Shown one piece after another: positions 43,378 through 52,106 of a stretch of DNA of 64,000 bases. The notes under the pieces are model-generated. The model was not told the origin of the DNA, ran no database searches, and saw only the letters and a list, made by a program, of their open reading frames with translations. Origin of the DNA: Gammaproteobacteria bacterium (lineage in GTDB: Bacteria; Pseudomonadota; Gammaproteobacteria; UBA4575); assembly GCA_014075255.1 (NCBI GenBank), contig CP046178.1, forward strand, positions 1,504,894 to 1,568,893, given 5' to 3'. The first letter of the stretch is position 1; each line of letters opens with the position of its first letter. The position numbers and the translations under genes are program-made.

Positions 43378-44349
43378 ATGAGCAAATTAAAAGTAATCGT
43401 TTCACGCGCCTGGCCTGAAGAAGTTCAAGCCACGTTACGAGAAAAATATGACGTAACGTTGAATGAAAATGACGTGGCCATGTCCAAAGATGAAATGAAA
43501 GAAGCATTAGCTAACTGTGATGCATTTTTACCAACTGTAACTGATCCAGTAGATGCAGAAGTACTCAGTGCAGAACCATTACGCGCAAAGTTCATTGGTA
43601 ACTTTGGTGTTGGTTTTAACCACATCGATTTAGATGCTGCCAAAGCACGCGGCTTAACCGTTACTAATACACCTGAAGTATTAACTGCTTGTACTGCGGA
43701 TATTGCAATGACTTTGATGTTAACGGTTGCACGTCGCACCAGTGAAGGCGAAAGAGAATTACGCTCTAAGTCTTGGGCTGGATGGCGCCCTACTCACTTG
43801 TTAGCCACCAAAGTCACTGGCAAGACATTAGGTTTAATTGGCATGGGACGTATTGCACAAGCCATGGCACAACGCGCGCATCATGGCTTCGGTATGAAAA
43901 TCATTTTTTCTGATCCTTACCCACCTCCTGCTGACGTAATTAAGAAGTACAATGCGCAACAAGTAGACTCGATAGATGAAGTATTAGCCAATTCTGATTT
44001 TGTTTCTATTCACTGCCCAGGCGGAAAAGATACTTACCATCTATTAAATAAAGAAAGCCTTGCGAAAATGAAGCCTTCTGCATTTTTAATCAACTCTGCT
44101 CGTGGAGATGTAATTGATAATGATGCACTCATCGAAGCTCTTAAGAGTGGTGTAATTGCAGGTGCAGGCCTTGATGTTTTTGAAGGAGAACCCGCGTTAG
44201 ATGAGCGTTTTCTAGAACTTGAGAATGCTGTTCTACTTCCGCACTTAGGTAGTGCCTCTATCGAGACACGCGTAGCCATGGGCAATCGAGTGCTTGAGAA
44301 CCTAGAGGCATTTGAAGCAGGCGAAACTCCACGAGATAAGCTCGTATAA
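43378..44349 (+). CDS. hprA: hydroxypyruvate reductase / D-isomer-specific 2-hydroxyacid dehydrogenase
   Basis: GxGxxG motif LGLIGMGRIAQ. D-2-hydroxyacid dehydrogenase catalytic residues. Serine-cycle context. Confidence 0.75.
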   Translation: MSKLKVIVSRAWPEEVQATLREKYDVTLNENDVAMSKDEMKEALANCDAFLPTVTDPVDAEVLSAEPLRAKFIGNFGVGFNHIDLDAAKARGLTVTNTPEVLTACTADIAMTLMLTVARRTSEGERELRSKSWAGWRPTHLLATKVTGKTLGLIGMGRIAQAMAQRAHHGFGMKIIFSDPYPPPADVIKKYNAQQVDSIDEVLANSDFVSIHCPGGKDTYHLLNKESLAKMKPSAFLINSARGDVIDNDALIEALKSGVIAGAGLDVFEGEPALDERFLELENAVLLPHLGSASIETRVAMGNRVLENLEAFEAGETPRDKLV

Positions 44350-44423
44350 GCCAGTAGATAGGCCATCATCGGCCAATCTATGCCCATTCGGGCATATCAA
44401 AATGGCTAGATCAGTCCTATTAT

Positions 44424-44450
44424 GAAGAGGTCCTTTTTTGGACCTCTTTT
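44424..44450 (+). terminator. intrinsic terminator after hprA
   Basis: agaggtcc-tttttt-ggacctct followed by tttt. A smaller hairpin tatgccc-attc-gggcata lies at 44379..44396. Confidence 0.6.
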
Positions 44451-44487
44451 ACTATGTGTAGCTTAAAATTATTAATCTAAAACAAGT

Positions 44488-47265
44488 ATGACTGACAACG
44501 ACTCCCCGCTTTCCTGGACGCAACTTACCAAGGTTGCCACCGGCAGTATGATTATCAATCCTGCGGCATCCTATGAAGATGAATTAGTAGAGTTACTTTA
44601 TCAACAACTACTAAGTGTTATTCGAGCGCGTCAACCTGATATCGAAGCTTATTTTAATGGTCAGCAAGATATTCGCGACTGCCCTACTTCAAAAATTCTA
44701 TATGTCCTGCAAACCTATGGAATATGGTTCCAACTATTAAGCATTGCTGAACAAAATGCCATGGTGCAGCAACGTCGACAAATTGAAAAAGAATATAATC
44801 GTGATCGTGTACCTGGCACTTTTGCGTATTCCTTCTCAAGTGCTGAGCAAAAAGGTATTTCCGCAGAAGATATTCAAACCTTACTAAATAATAGTTTAAT
44901 CAGCCCTGTAATCACAGCGCACCCTACAGAAGCGAAACGTGTAACGGTATTAGAAGTACATCGTCGAATCTATGTATTACTTAAACAGTTAGAACTCGAA
45001 CGCTGGACCCCTAGAGAAAGAGATGACTTAGCTAATGAACTTCGCAACGAAATTGATTTACTTTGGTTAACGGGCGAAATTCGTTTAGAAAAGCCCAGTG
45101 TTGGACAAGAAGTAACTTGGGGCTTGCACTTTTTTGTTGAATCATTATTTGATGGTGTAAAAGAACTGTATGTAGAATTGGATCGCGCATTAGAACAAGC
45201 CTATCCTCATTATGAATTTAAAGTGCCTCCTATTTTCCGTTTTGGATCATGGATTGGCGGAGACCGTGATGGAAACCCAAATGTCACACATAAAGTTACT
45301 GCTTCCGCAATACAAACGAATGCTAAAGCATGCATTAAACGTTATCGGCAAGATATTTTTGAGCTTGGTTCTAAATTAAGTATTGCTAATCATTCAGTCA
45401 ACGTTTCAGAAAACTTTACTAAAGTTTTACAAGAAAAACTTGGAATGCTGGGCGAAACAGAAGCCTATTCACAACGCAATCCAGGTGAAATATTTAGGCA
45501 GTACTTGCGTTACATGTTGGCCAGAATTGATGCGACCTTGAAGCATATTAATGATCCAAGTAAGTCTAAAATTGCCTATCATCGTGCAGCAGATTTATCG
45601 GCGGACCTCTATCTTCTGGAACAAGGACTATCCGATGCCAAATGCGGACATTTAAGTGATGCAGATGTACGACCTCTGCGACACATGGTGGACACCTTTG
45701 GATTTAGAACGGTTAGCTTAGACATTCGAGAAAATACTACGGTAGTTAATAGTGTGCTAGCAGAGATATGGCAAGCATTGCACCAAAAAACTCATATAGA
45801 TTTACCTGATCCAACATCTGAAGAATGGAATAACTGGATTGTTAATCAATTAACGCAACCTCTACGTGTAGTTCCTCGTTTCGATAATTTATCCAAACAA
45901 GCGCAATCTACGTTGGCCATGCTCGAACAAGTTAAGTATTTCCAAAACAAACTAGATCGAAAAGCATTTGGTGTATGCGTATTAAGTATGACGCAAACCG
46001 CAACGGATGTGCTGGGTGTATATCTATTAGCAAAGTATGTAGGACTATTTACTGATTCTGATGGACTTGAAGCATGTCGCATTATGATTGTGCCACTGCT
46101 AGAGACTATTGATGATCTTGAAAACGGCCCAGCTGTATTAGAAGAACTTTTAGAACATGCATTTGTGCGACGCACGATTAAAAAATTCGGTGGCTCACAA
46201 GAGGTTATGGTGGGTTACTCAGATTCTAACAAAGATGGCGGCTTTCTTACCTCTAACTGGATTATCAGCAAAGCTCAATCAGAAATACATGCAGCTGGTG
46301 AAAAACATAAAGTACCGATTTCATTTTTCCATGGTCGTGGCGGCTCGGTGAGTCGTGGCGGTGCGCCGAGTGGTCGTGCGATTGCCGCGCAACCGGTTGG
46401 CACTATTGATGGCCGTATGCGAGTTACCGAACAAGGTGAAGTGGTTTCATATAAATACGCAAACCGTGGCTTTGCTGAAGAACAAATGGAAATTTTGGCT
46501 TCCAGTGTCATCACGCACTCACTTATGTCCGGCAAAGACCCTGCATACCAAAGCAATTCAGAATTAGATGAAGTGCTAGAAGCGCTTTCTGGAACCGCCT
46601 ATGTCGCGTATCGAAAATTAATTGAGCACCCGGGTTTAGTCGACTTTTATCAGCAAGCCAGTCCAGTTGAAGAATTAACCTTAATGAAAATTGGTTCGCG
46701 CCCTGCGCGACGCTTTGGTGCAGCCTCTCTAGATGATCTACGCGCTATTCCTTGGGTATTTGCATGGACGCAAAATAGACTGCTAGTCCCTGGCTGGTAT
46801 GGAGTAGGTAGCAGCTTAGAGCAAATCATCAAGATACGTGGTGAACTCGGCACAGATCTCCTTAATAAAATGTACGAGAAACACCCGCTGTTTAAATTAA
46901 TATTAGACGGTGCTGAAAAAACACTTTTACTAGTAGATATGGAAGTTGCTGAGAAGTATTGCGAACTGGTTACAAACGAAGAACATCGAACTCAGATATT
47001 CTCTGACATAAAAGAAGAATATGAACTGACGAAGAATAATATATTAAAAATTACTGGCGAAGACCAGCTCTGTGATCGCTTCCCTAATTTTAAACGCCAC
47101 TTCTATCGACGCATCGAATCACTCAATCAAGTGGGTATTGAACAGGTAGAACTAGTGAAGAAATTTCGAAGCGAAGGCGATGAAATCCAAAATATAGAAG
47201 ACGTGTTAGTTCCACTATTGTTATCCATTAACTGCGTAGCAGCGGGGATAGGCAGTACTGGTTAA
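44488..47265 (+). CDS. ppc: phosphoenolpyruvate carboxylase
   Basis: VTAHPTE and GRGGSVSRGG motifs. 925 aa. Confidence 0.9.
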   Translation: MTDNDSPLSWTQLTKVATGSMIINPAASYEDELVELLYQQLLSVIRARQPDIEAYFNGQQDIRDCPTSKILYVLQTYGIWFQLLSIAEQNAMVQQRRQIEKEYNRDRVPGTFAYSFSSAEQKGISAEDIQTLLNNSLISPVITAHPTEAKRVTVLEVHRRIYVLLKQLELERWTPRERDDLANELRNEIDLLWLTGEIRLEKPSVGQEVTWGLHFFVESLFDGVKELYVELDRALEQAYPHYEFKVPPIFRFGSWIGGDRDGNPNVTHKVTASAIQTNAKACIKRYRQDIFELGSKLSIANHSVNVSENFTKVLQEKLGMLGETEAYSQRNPGEIFRQYLRYMLARIDATLKHINDPSKSKIAYHRAADLSADLYLLEQGLSDAKCGHLSDADVRPLRHMVDTFGFRTVSLDIRENTTVVNSVLAEIWQALHQKTHIDLPDPTSEEWNNWIVNQLTQPLRVVPRFDNLSKQAQSTLAMLEQVKYFQNKLDRKAFGVCVLSMTQTATDVLGVYLLAKYVGLFTDSDGLEACRIMIVPLLETIDDLENGPAVLEELLEHAFVRRTIKKFGGSQEVMVGYSDSNKDGGFLTSNWIISKAQSEIHAAGEKHKVPISFFHGRGGSVSRGGAPSGRAIAAQPVGTIDGRMRVTEQGEVVSYKYANRGFAEEQMEILASSVITHSLMSGKDPAYQSNSELDEVLEALSGTAYVAYRKLIEHPGLVDFYQQASPVEELTLMKIGSRPARRFGAASLDDLRAIPWVFAWTQNRLLVPGWYGVGSSLEQIIKIRGELGTDLLNKMYEKHPLFKLILDGAEKTLLLVDMEVAEKYCELVTNEEHRTQIFSDIKEEYELTKNNILKITGEDQLCDRFPNFKRHFYRRIESLNQVGIEQVELVKKFRSEGDEIQNIEDVLVPLLLSINCVAAGIGSTG

Positions 47266-47305
47266 ATTTTAAAAACTAAAAATAATAAGACCTAAAATAA
47301 TAAAC

Positions 47306-48163
47306 ATGAAAAAACTTTTATACCATTTTGATACCGATGCTATACCTAGCGTATTTGACTCAGTCGTCGCTTACGATGGTGGCGCCGATCATGTAACTCA
47401 ACTAGGTGGCGTCAATGAAGAAAATTGTGGCGGCCTCGTAGAAGGTGCAATCTATACACGTGCCCCAAAAGACAAAAAGAATACTGCAATTTTTGTAGGG
47501 GGCAGTGATCTAATTGAAGGTCAAAGGCTTTTTCAACTAGTACATGATCAGTTTTTTCAAAACTTCCGTGTATCGGTTATGTTAGACAGCAATGGTTGCA
47601 ATACCACCTCAGCAGCAGGCGTTGCGCTGTTGAGCAAAGCAACTAATTTGCAAGACAAAACTGCAGTAGTGCTCGCTGGCACCGGTCCGGTAGGGCAGCG
47701 TGCAGCAGTGTTACTCGCTAAAAGTGGCGCTAAGGTTCGGCTTACCTCCCGCAAACAGTCCCGCTCAGTGGAAGCCTGTGATGAAATGCGCGAGCGCTTT
47801 GGCGTTGTAATGACGCCTATGCAAGCCAGTGACGATGAATCCATACAAGCTGCAATGGATGGCGCCCATGTCGTATTTGGCGCAGCAAAAGCGGGAATTC
47901 AATTACTCAATGCTAAACAGTGGCAAGATCATCCTACTTTAGAACTGATTGCGGATGTAGGCACCTCTAAAATTCTAGGATTTGAAGGCATTGATGTGAT
48001 GGATAAAGATACTGAACGCCATGGCAAGCGAGTGTTTGGTGGCATCGGCATTGGAGCACTAAAACTAAAACTGCACCGTGCATGCATTGCTAAACTATTC
48101 GAATCAAATGATATTGCATTGGATGCAGAAGCTATTTATAAAATAGCTCAGAGCATGGCTTAA
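47306..48163 (+). CDS. mtdA: NAD(P)-dependent methylene-tetrahydromethanopterin/methylene-H4F dehydrogenase
   Basis: N-terminal LLYHFDTDAIPSVFDSVVAYDGGADHV...IYTR...TAIFVGG closely resembles Methylobacterium MtdA. 285 aa. Confidence 0.8.
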   Translation: MKKLLYHFDTDAIPSVFDSVVAYDGGADHVTQLGGVNEENCGGLVEGAIYTRAPKDKKNTAIFVGGSDLIEGQRLFQLVHDQFFQNFRVSVMLDSNGCNTTSAAGVALLSKATNLQDKTAVVLAGTGPVGQRAAVLLAKSGAKVRLTSRKQSRSVEACDEMRERFGVVMTPMQASDDESIQAAMDGAHVVFGAAKAGIQLLNAKQWQDHPTLELIADVGTSKILGFEGIDVMDKDTERHGKRVFGGIGIGALKLKLHRACIAKLFESNDIALDAEAIYKIAQSMA

Positions 48164-48200
48164 ATAATTTTCTTATGAAGGCTTCCCCAAACTGCTCGAA

Positions 48201-49349
48201 ATGATCGAGCAGTTAATTGCCCTCCCCTCCGTTAGCAGCACCCAAGCTGAAATTGATACTAGCAATCAGCCTGTCGTCAACAGTCTTGCAAATTGGTTAA
48301 ATGACTTAGGTTTTCAAACTGAAATTGTTGCTAATTCTGATTCATCAGATTCTAACTGCCCTAAAGTAAATTTAATTGCCAGTATAGGTGATGGCGACGA
48401 TGGCTTAGTGTTATCCGGTCATACCGACACGGTAAACTTTGACCAAACTGGCTGGAATACCGATCCATTCAAAGCCACTCAAGTAGACGATAAATTATAT
48501 GGGCTAGGCACAGCGGACATGAAATCTTTCTTGGCTATCGCGATTGAGGCGGCAAAAGAGTTTACCAACAAAGATTTTAAGCAACGCTTAACCATCATTG
48601 CCACAGCGGACGAAGAATCCACTATGCAAGGTGCAAAAACGTTAGTTCAAACATTGGAGACTAATGGTCAAAAGCTTGGCAAATATTGCATCATTGGAGA
48701 ACCTACAGACTTAACTCCTATACACCAACACAAAGGTGTAATGATGGAAGCGATTAAAATTCATGGTCAAGCCGGACATTCTAGTGACCCTGGCTTAGGC
48801 AATAATGCATTGGAAGGAATGCGTGTTGTACTTAATGAGCTTGATCAATTCAAACAAGAACTTGCTAATAAATACATCAATCATGACTTTGTTGTACCGA
48901 TCCCGACCTTAAATTTAGGACACATACATGGTGGCGATAACCCGAACCGAATTTGCGGCGATTGCGAATTACATATTGATCTGCGCCCTTTGCCTGGTAT
49001 GCAGATTGATACTCTTAGAGAACAACTTTGCGAACGCGTTACAAAAATAACTGAACCACTAGGTTTAAAAATTGAATTTGAAGCTTTATTTGATGGCGTA
49101 CCTGCTTTTGAGACAGATAAACACTCAAAGATCATTCAACTCACCAAACAATTGAGTAAAAAGAAACCCACAAGCGTTGCTTTCGGAACCGAAGGTCCTT
49201 ACTTTAATGCAATGGGCATGGAAACCGTTGTATTGGGTCCTGGTTCTATAGACCAGGCTCATCAGCAAAATGAATATTTAACGTTAGATTCAATTAATCC
49301 TACGATTGAATTGTTGAAGAATGTGATTCACGAAGTTTGCATTAAATAA
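48201..49349 (+). CDS. argE: acetylornithine deacetylase (M20 peptidase family)
   Basis: M20 metal ligands (GHTDTV, ADEES). 382 aa. N-terminal similarity to ArgE. Confidence 0.8.
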   Translation: MIEQLIALPSVSSTQAEIDTSNQPVVNSLANWLNDLGFQTEIVANSDSSDSNCPKVNLIASIGDGDDGLVLSGHTDTVNFDQTGWNTDPFKATQVDDKLYGLGTADMKSFLAIAIEAAKEFTNKDFKQRLTIIATADEESTMQGAKTLVQTLETNGQKLGKYCIIGEPTDLTPIHQHKGVMMEAIKIHGQAGHSSDPGLGNNALEGMRVVLNELDQFKQELANKYINHDFVVPIPTLNLGHIHGGDNPNRICGDCELHIDLRPLPGMQIDTLREQLCERVTKITEPLGLKIEFEALFDGVPAFETDKHSKIIQLTKQLSKKKPTSVAFGTEGPYFNAMGMETVVLGPGSIDQAHQQNEYLTLDSINPTIELLKNVIHEVCIK

Positions 49350-49482
49350 ACACATGGACGATGTGTGAGTACAGGGACTATGTGCAGGATGCACAAGTGT
49401 CGTGTGAGATAGGATGTCGGAAGCGACCGTACGAATAAGAGGCGCATCCTAGACGATGCCTTCAAATTAACTCTTTTACCTA

Positions 49483-49510
49483 ATGTCCGCTTTCGGCCAA
49501 TAGCGGACAT
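49483..49510. repeat. palindromic hairpin element, copy 1 (atgtccgct-N10-agcggacat)
   Basis: 9-bp perfect inverted repeat with a 10-nt loop. Near-identical arms to the copy at 50273..50300. Confidence 0.5.
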
Positions 49511-49526
49511 TAAACATTCCTTAAGA

Positions 49527-49802
49527 TTAATGAATTACATGCACAGGTTTAAGTGCTTGCCTACCCTGAAACTCTATATAAATACAAAAAGCCCCTTGAT
49601 GGTCGTTTACGGTTCCAATAACTACGTCGCCATTTCTAATTGCACATAACATTGAAAGCTCTGACTCACAAAATGTGCGTGCGACTACATCTATATTTTG
49701 CTCTACAGCTGTTTTAATTCTTTCGTACTCATCAGGTTTAAAGTTCACTAATGTCCGATTTACCAAGGGCTCCTGTTCCAATGAATGTTTAGTTGAATCC
49801 AT
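49527..49802 (-). CDS. hypothetical protein (low-GC insert)
   Basis: 91-aa ORF in AT-rich DNA bracketed by the two hairpin copies. No recognisable domain. Confidence 0.35.
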   Translation of the reverse strand: MDSTKHSLEQEPLVNRTLVNFKPDEYERIKTAVEQNIDVVARTFCESELSMLCAIRNGDVVIGTVNDHQGAFCIYIEFQGRQALKPVHVIH

Positions 49803-49879
49803 ACATCACTCCTAATCTTTAATACTTGTAAATATTAATGAGAATGATTATCATTTGCAAGTAGGCTAATGGAGTATTT

Positions 49880-50263
49880 ATGACTTTTTTCCTCAATGCT
49901 TGGCTAGAACGCGAAAATCCTATTTTGGAGCTAAGAGAATCCATTACAAATAGAATGGTTTATCATATTGAAGGTGACGTGTTAAATGATTGGCTAAATA
50001 AAGGCGAACTTTGTGTGAATGATTTAAATAGCATTGAAGAAACAAGCGAAGTTATTAGAGACTTACTGCTAAAAAGTATTACAGAAGATGTTTCCACCAA
50101 ACAAAAGTGCGACTTCCCTATTAATAATGTAATTAAATTTCCTCGTAGGTTTAGAAGGCCTAGCAAAGGGAATTCTAGCTCTCGAAAAAGTAATAATGTT
50201 ATCTATCTGTATTCATTACTAAGTAAGAGAATTTTAAAGTATCTTGATAATGCTATTTATTAG
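49880..50263 (+). CDS. hypothetical protein (low-GC insert)
   Basis: 127-aa ORF with a basic C-terminus, divergent from 49527..49802. Confidence 0.35.
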   Translation: MTFFLNAWLERENPILELRESITNRMVYHIEGDVLNDWLNKGELCVNDLNSIEETSEVIRDLLLKSITEDVSTKQKCDFPINNVIKFPRRFRRPSKGNSSSRKSNNVIYLYSLLSKRILKYLDNAIY

Positions 50264-50272
50264 ACAGTCCGA

Positions 50273-50300
50273 ATGTCCGCTTTGGGTCGAAAGCGGACAT
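50273..50300. repeat. palindromic hairpin element, copy 2 (atgtccgcttt-N6-aaagcggacat)
   Basis: 11-bp perfect inverted repeat with a 6-nt loop. Its arms share atgtccgct/agcggacat with copy 1. Confidence 0.5.
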
Positions 50301-50315
50301 CACAAAGAAAAACGT

Positions 50316-50677
50316 TTATTTAGCGAGCGCCAAAATAATTACAAGCAACACTAATATCAAAATAGCAGCTGCACCACCTATTCCACCTGCCGCAGGCAGA
50401 TCTTCGAAATTCTGCGCAAATACCCTTATTTCTTCATCGGTTAAGGAGTTAATACGCTCTTGTGCTTGTTCTGCAGTAACGCCATGTTGCTCTAAGAGAC
50501 TGCGCGCTTCAGCTTGATATAAAATTTGATAAAGATTCTCTCTTTTCAGATCAGTATATTGCTCTTGCAATATTTCATTCGTTCCAACCATTCCTGCATA
50601 TGCAGGCATAGTGTGAGTAAATACGAGTGCAAAAACACAAACATAAACAATTGCTAAATGTGAAAATTTAGTCATGG
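50316..50677 (-). CDS. PA2779-family-like small secreted protein (paralog of 32437..32808)
   Basis: Start taken at ATG 50677 (RBS AAGGTGAG). Signal peptide ending AYA. Shares MVGT..L.EQ, LLE..G.T.EQAQ.R..SLTD.E, F..LPAAG and a hydrophobic tail with the other paralog. Confidence 0.6.
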
Positions 50678-50727
50678 GCTCACCTTTTAATGTAAAAATA
50701 CTTGCGGACCGCAAAGTACACCAATTC

Positions 50728-51150
50728 TTAATTAGTTTTCTTTTTCTTAAAACGCTCAAACTTTAATTTGAAAATATTACCTTGCGGTACCGCATCATCT
50801 TCTACAATTAGATCATCAGATACTGCTTGACTATCACGGGTGGAAATCACACGTGCAGCTTCTTCATCTTGACAGGCCACTGGATCAGTGTCTTGATTAC
50901 GGTAATCTTCAGTCGTACAAGGGCGGAAACCTGGAAACACTTTTGATTCATAAATGGTAACAGTTTCACTACCACTTGCCTCTTGTTTTACCGGTGACTG
51001 CGTAGGTGGCGGGGTATCAATAACAATTTCTGGCGGCGGTAGAGCTTCCGAAGTTTCTTCTGCATTAACAACTCCAACAACTAACCATACACACAACATA
51101 ATCCACAAGGTGGACCATAAAGATCTATACATTAATCTACTCATACCCAA
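50728..51150 (-). CDS. hypothetical secreted Pro-rich protein
   Basis: Signal peptide. PPPEIVIDTPPPTQSP segment and two Cys. 140 aa. Confidence 0.45.
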   Translation of the reverse strand: MGMSRLMYRSLWSTLWIMLCVWLVVGVVNAEETSEALPPPEIVIDTPPPTQSPVKQEASGSETVTIYESKVFPGFRPCTTEDYRNQDTDPVACQDEEAARVISTRDSQAVSDDLIVEDDAVPQGNIFKLKFERFKKKKTN

Positions 51151-51206
51151 CTCCTCAGTATAAAAAGATTAAGTCTACCTGCTTAACCTTAAAATTATAT
51201 TAAGTG

Positions 51207-51914
51207 TTATAACTCTGCTTGTTTTCGCTTTGATATTTCTTCGTCTATCGCAGCGATGGATTGTTCCAATTCATTCACAGAATAAATATTTTGAATTAGA
51301 TACTTATCATGCTCAACCATGGCATAAGATTCATCTAATTCTTTTCGGTAACCACCAATGGCCGTATCCGAATCTTGCATATCTGACACTAATCTTTTAT
51401 GAAACTCTGGATTTTCATTAAATTTAAACATCATGGACATATAAACTGCCGAAAAACGAAAATCATAGGATTTATAGTCGCCAATTGAATGTACATCCTT
51501 GCGCGCCTCACGCATATCTACATTAAAGGTATTGCTATAACCCATCAGTGAATCACGAAACTTGCCTTCTATCTTATAATCTTCAATCATCACTGGAATA
51601 ACTTGCGCGATCTTCAAACGCACATCATCGTGAGCCATGATGGTTTCTAACAACCGTTGTTTAGCGACTTCAGGTTCATCGCTAGCTTGGCGAATTACAT
51701 CGAGATCTCGCTGTCGTGTTTCTCGCTCAGCATGCAGCTGCTGCATACTAAGACCGCCTAGATTCTCTGGGACCTTATGCAGTACCTTTACTCGATCTAA
51801 GATAGGAGACTTAATGGTCTCGCCCCCAGCAAAACTGGTTGAACTGATGAAAAGCATCAAAGTTATACATATGCCAGCATTAATTAGCCGTATTTTTCGC
51901 ATTCTTGGTTCCAT
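51207..51914 (-). CDS. hypothetical secreted protein
   Basis: Signal peptide ending SFAGG. Charged helical segments. 235 aa. Confidence 0.5.
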   Translation of the reverse strand: MEPRMRKIRLINAGICITLMLFISSTSFAGGETIKSPILDRVKVLHKVPENLGGLSMQQLHAERETRQRDLDVIRQASDEPEVAKQRLLETIMAHDDVRLKIAQVIPVMIEDYKIEGKFRDSLMGYSNTFNVDMREARKDVHSIGDYKSYDFRFSAVYMSMMFKFNENPEFHKRLVSDMQDSDTAIGGYRKELDESYAMVEHDKYLIQNIYSVNELEQSIAAIDEEISKRKQAEL

Positions 51915-52106
51915 GTTTTTGATTAGATGTATAAAATTCGACCGGCTAGTGAAATAGCGCTACCGTAGGCAAATTCTCTTCACCTATTATAAGGTCCTAA
52001 TGAGGTCTAAGATAGCAAAAGATTAGTACCAATAATCTATGCGAATTCATAGACTTAACAAATACGATACCAATTAATTTTATAAAGTTTTAACCATAAT
52101 TTAGCC

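Noticed and set aside
32838-44396. Possible repeat family of TGCCCGC-loop-GCGGGCA hairpins at 32838, 41049 and 44379
   Set aside because: The loops and flanks differ and each is followed by a T-run at an operon end. They are more simply independent intrinsic terminators with convergent GC-rich stems than a dispersed repeat.
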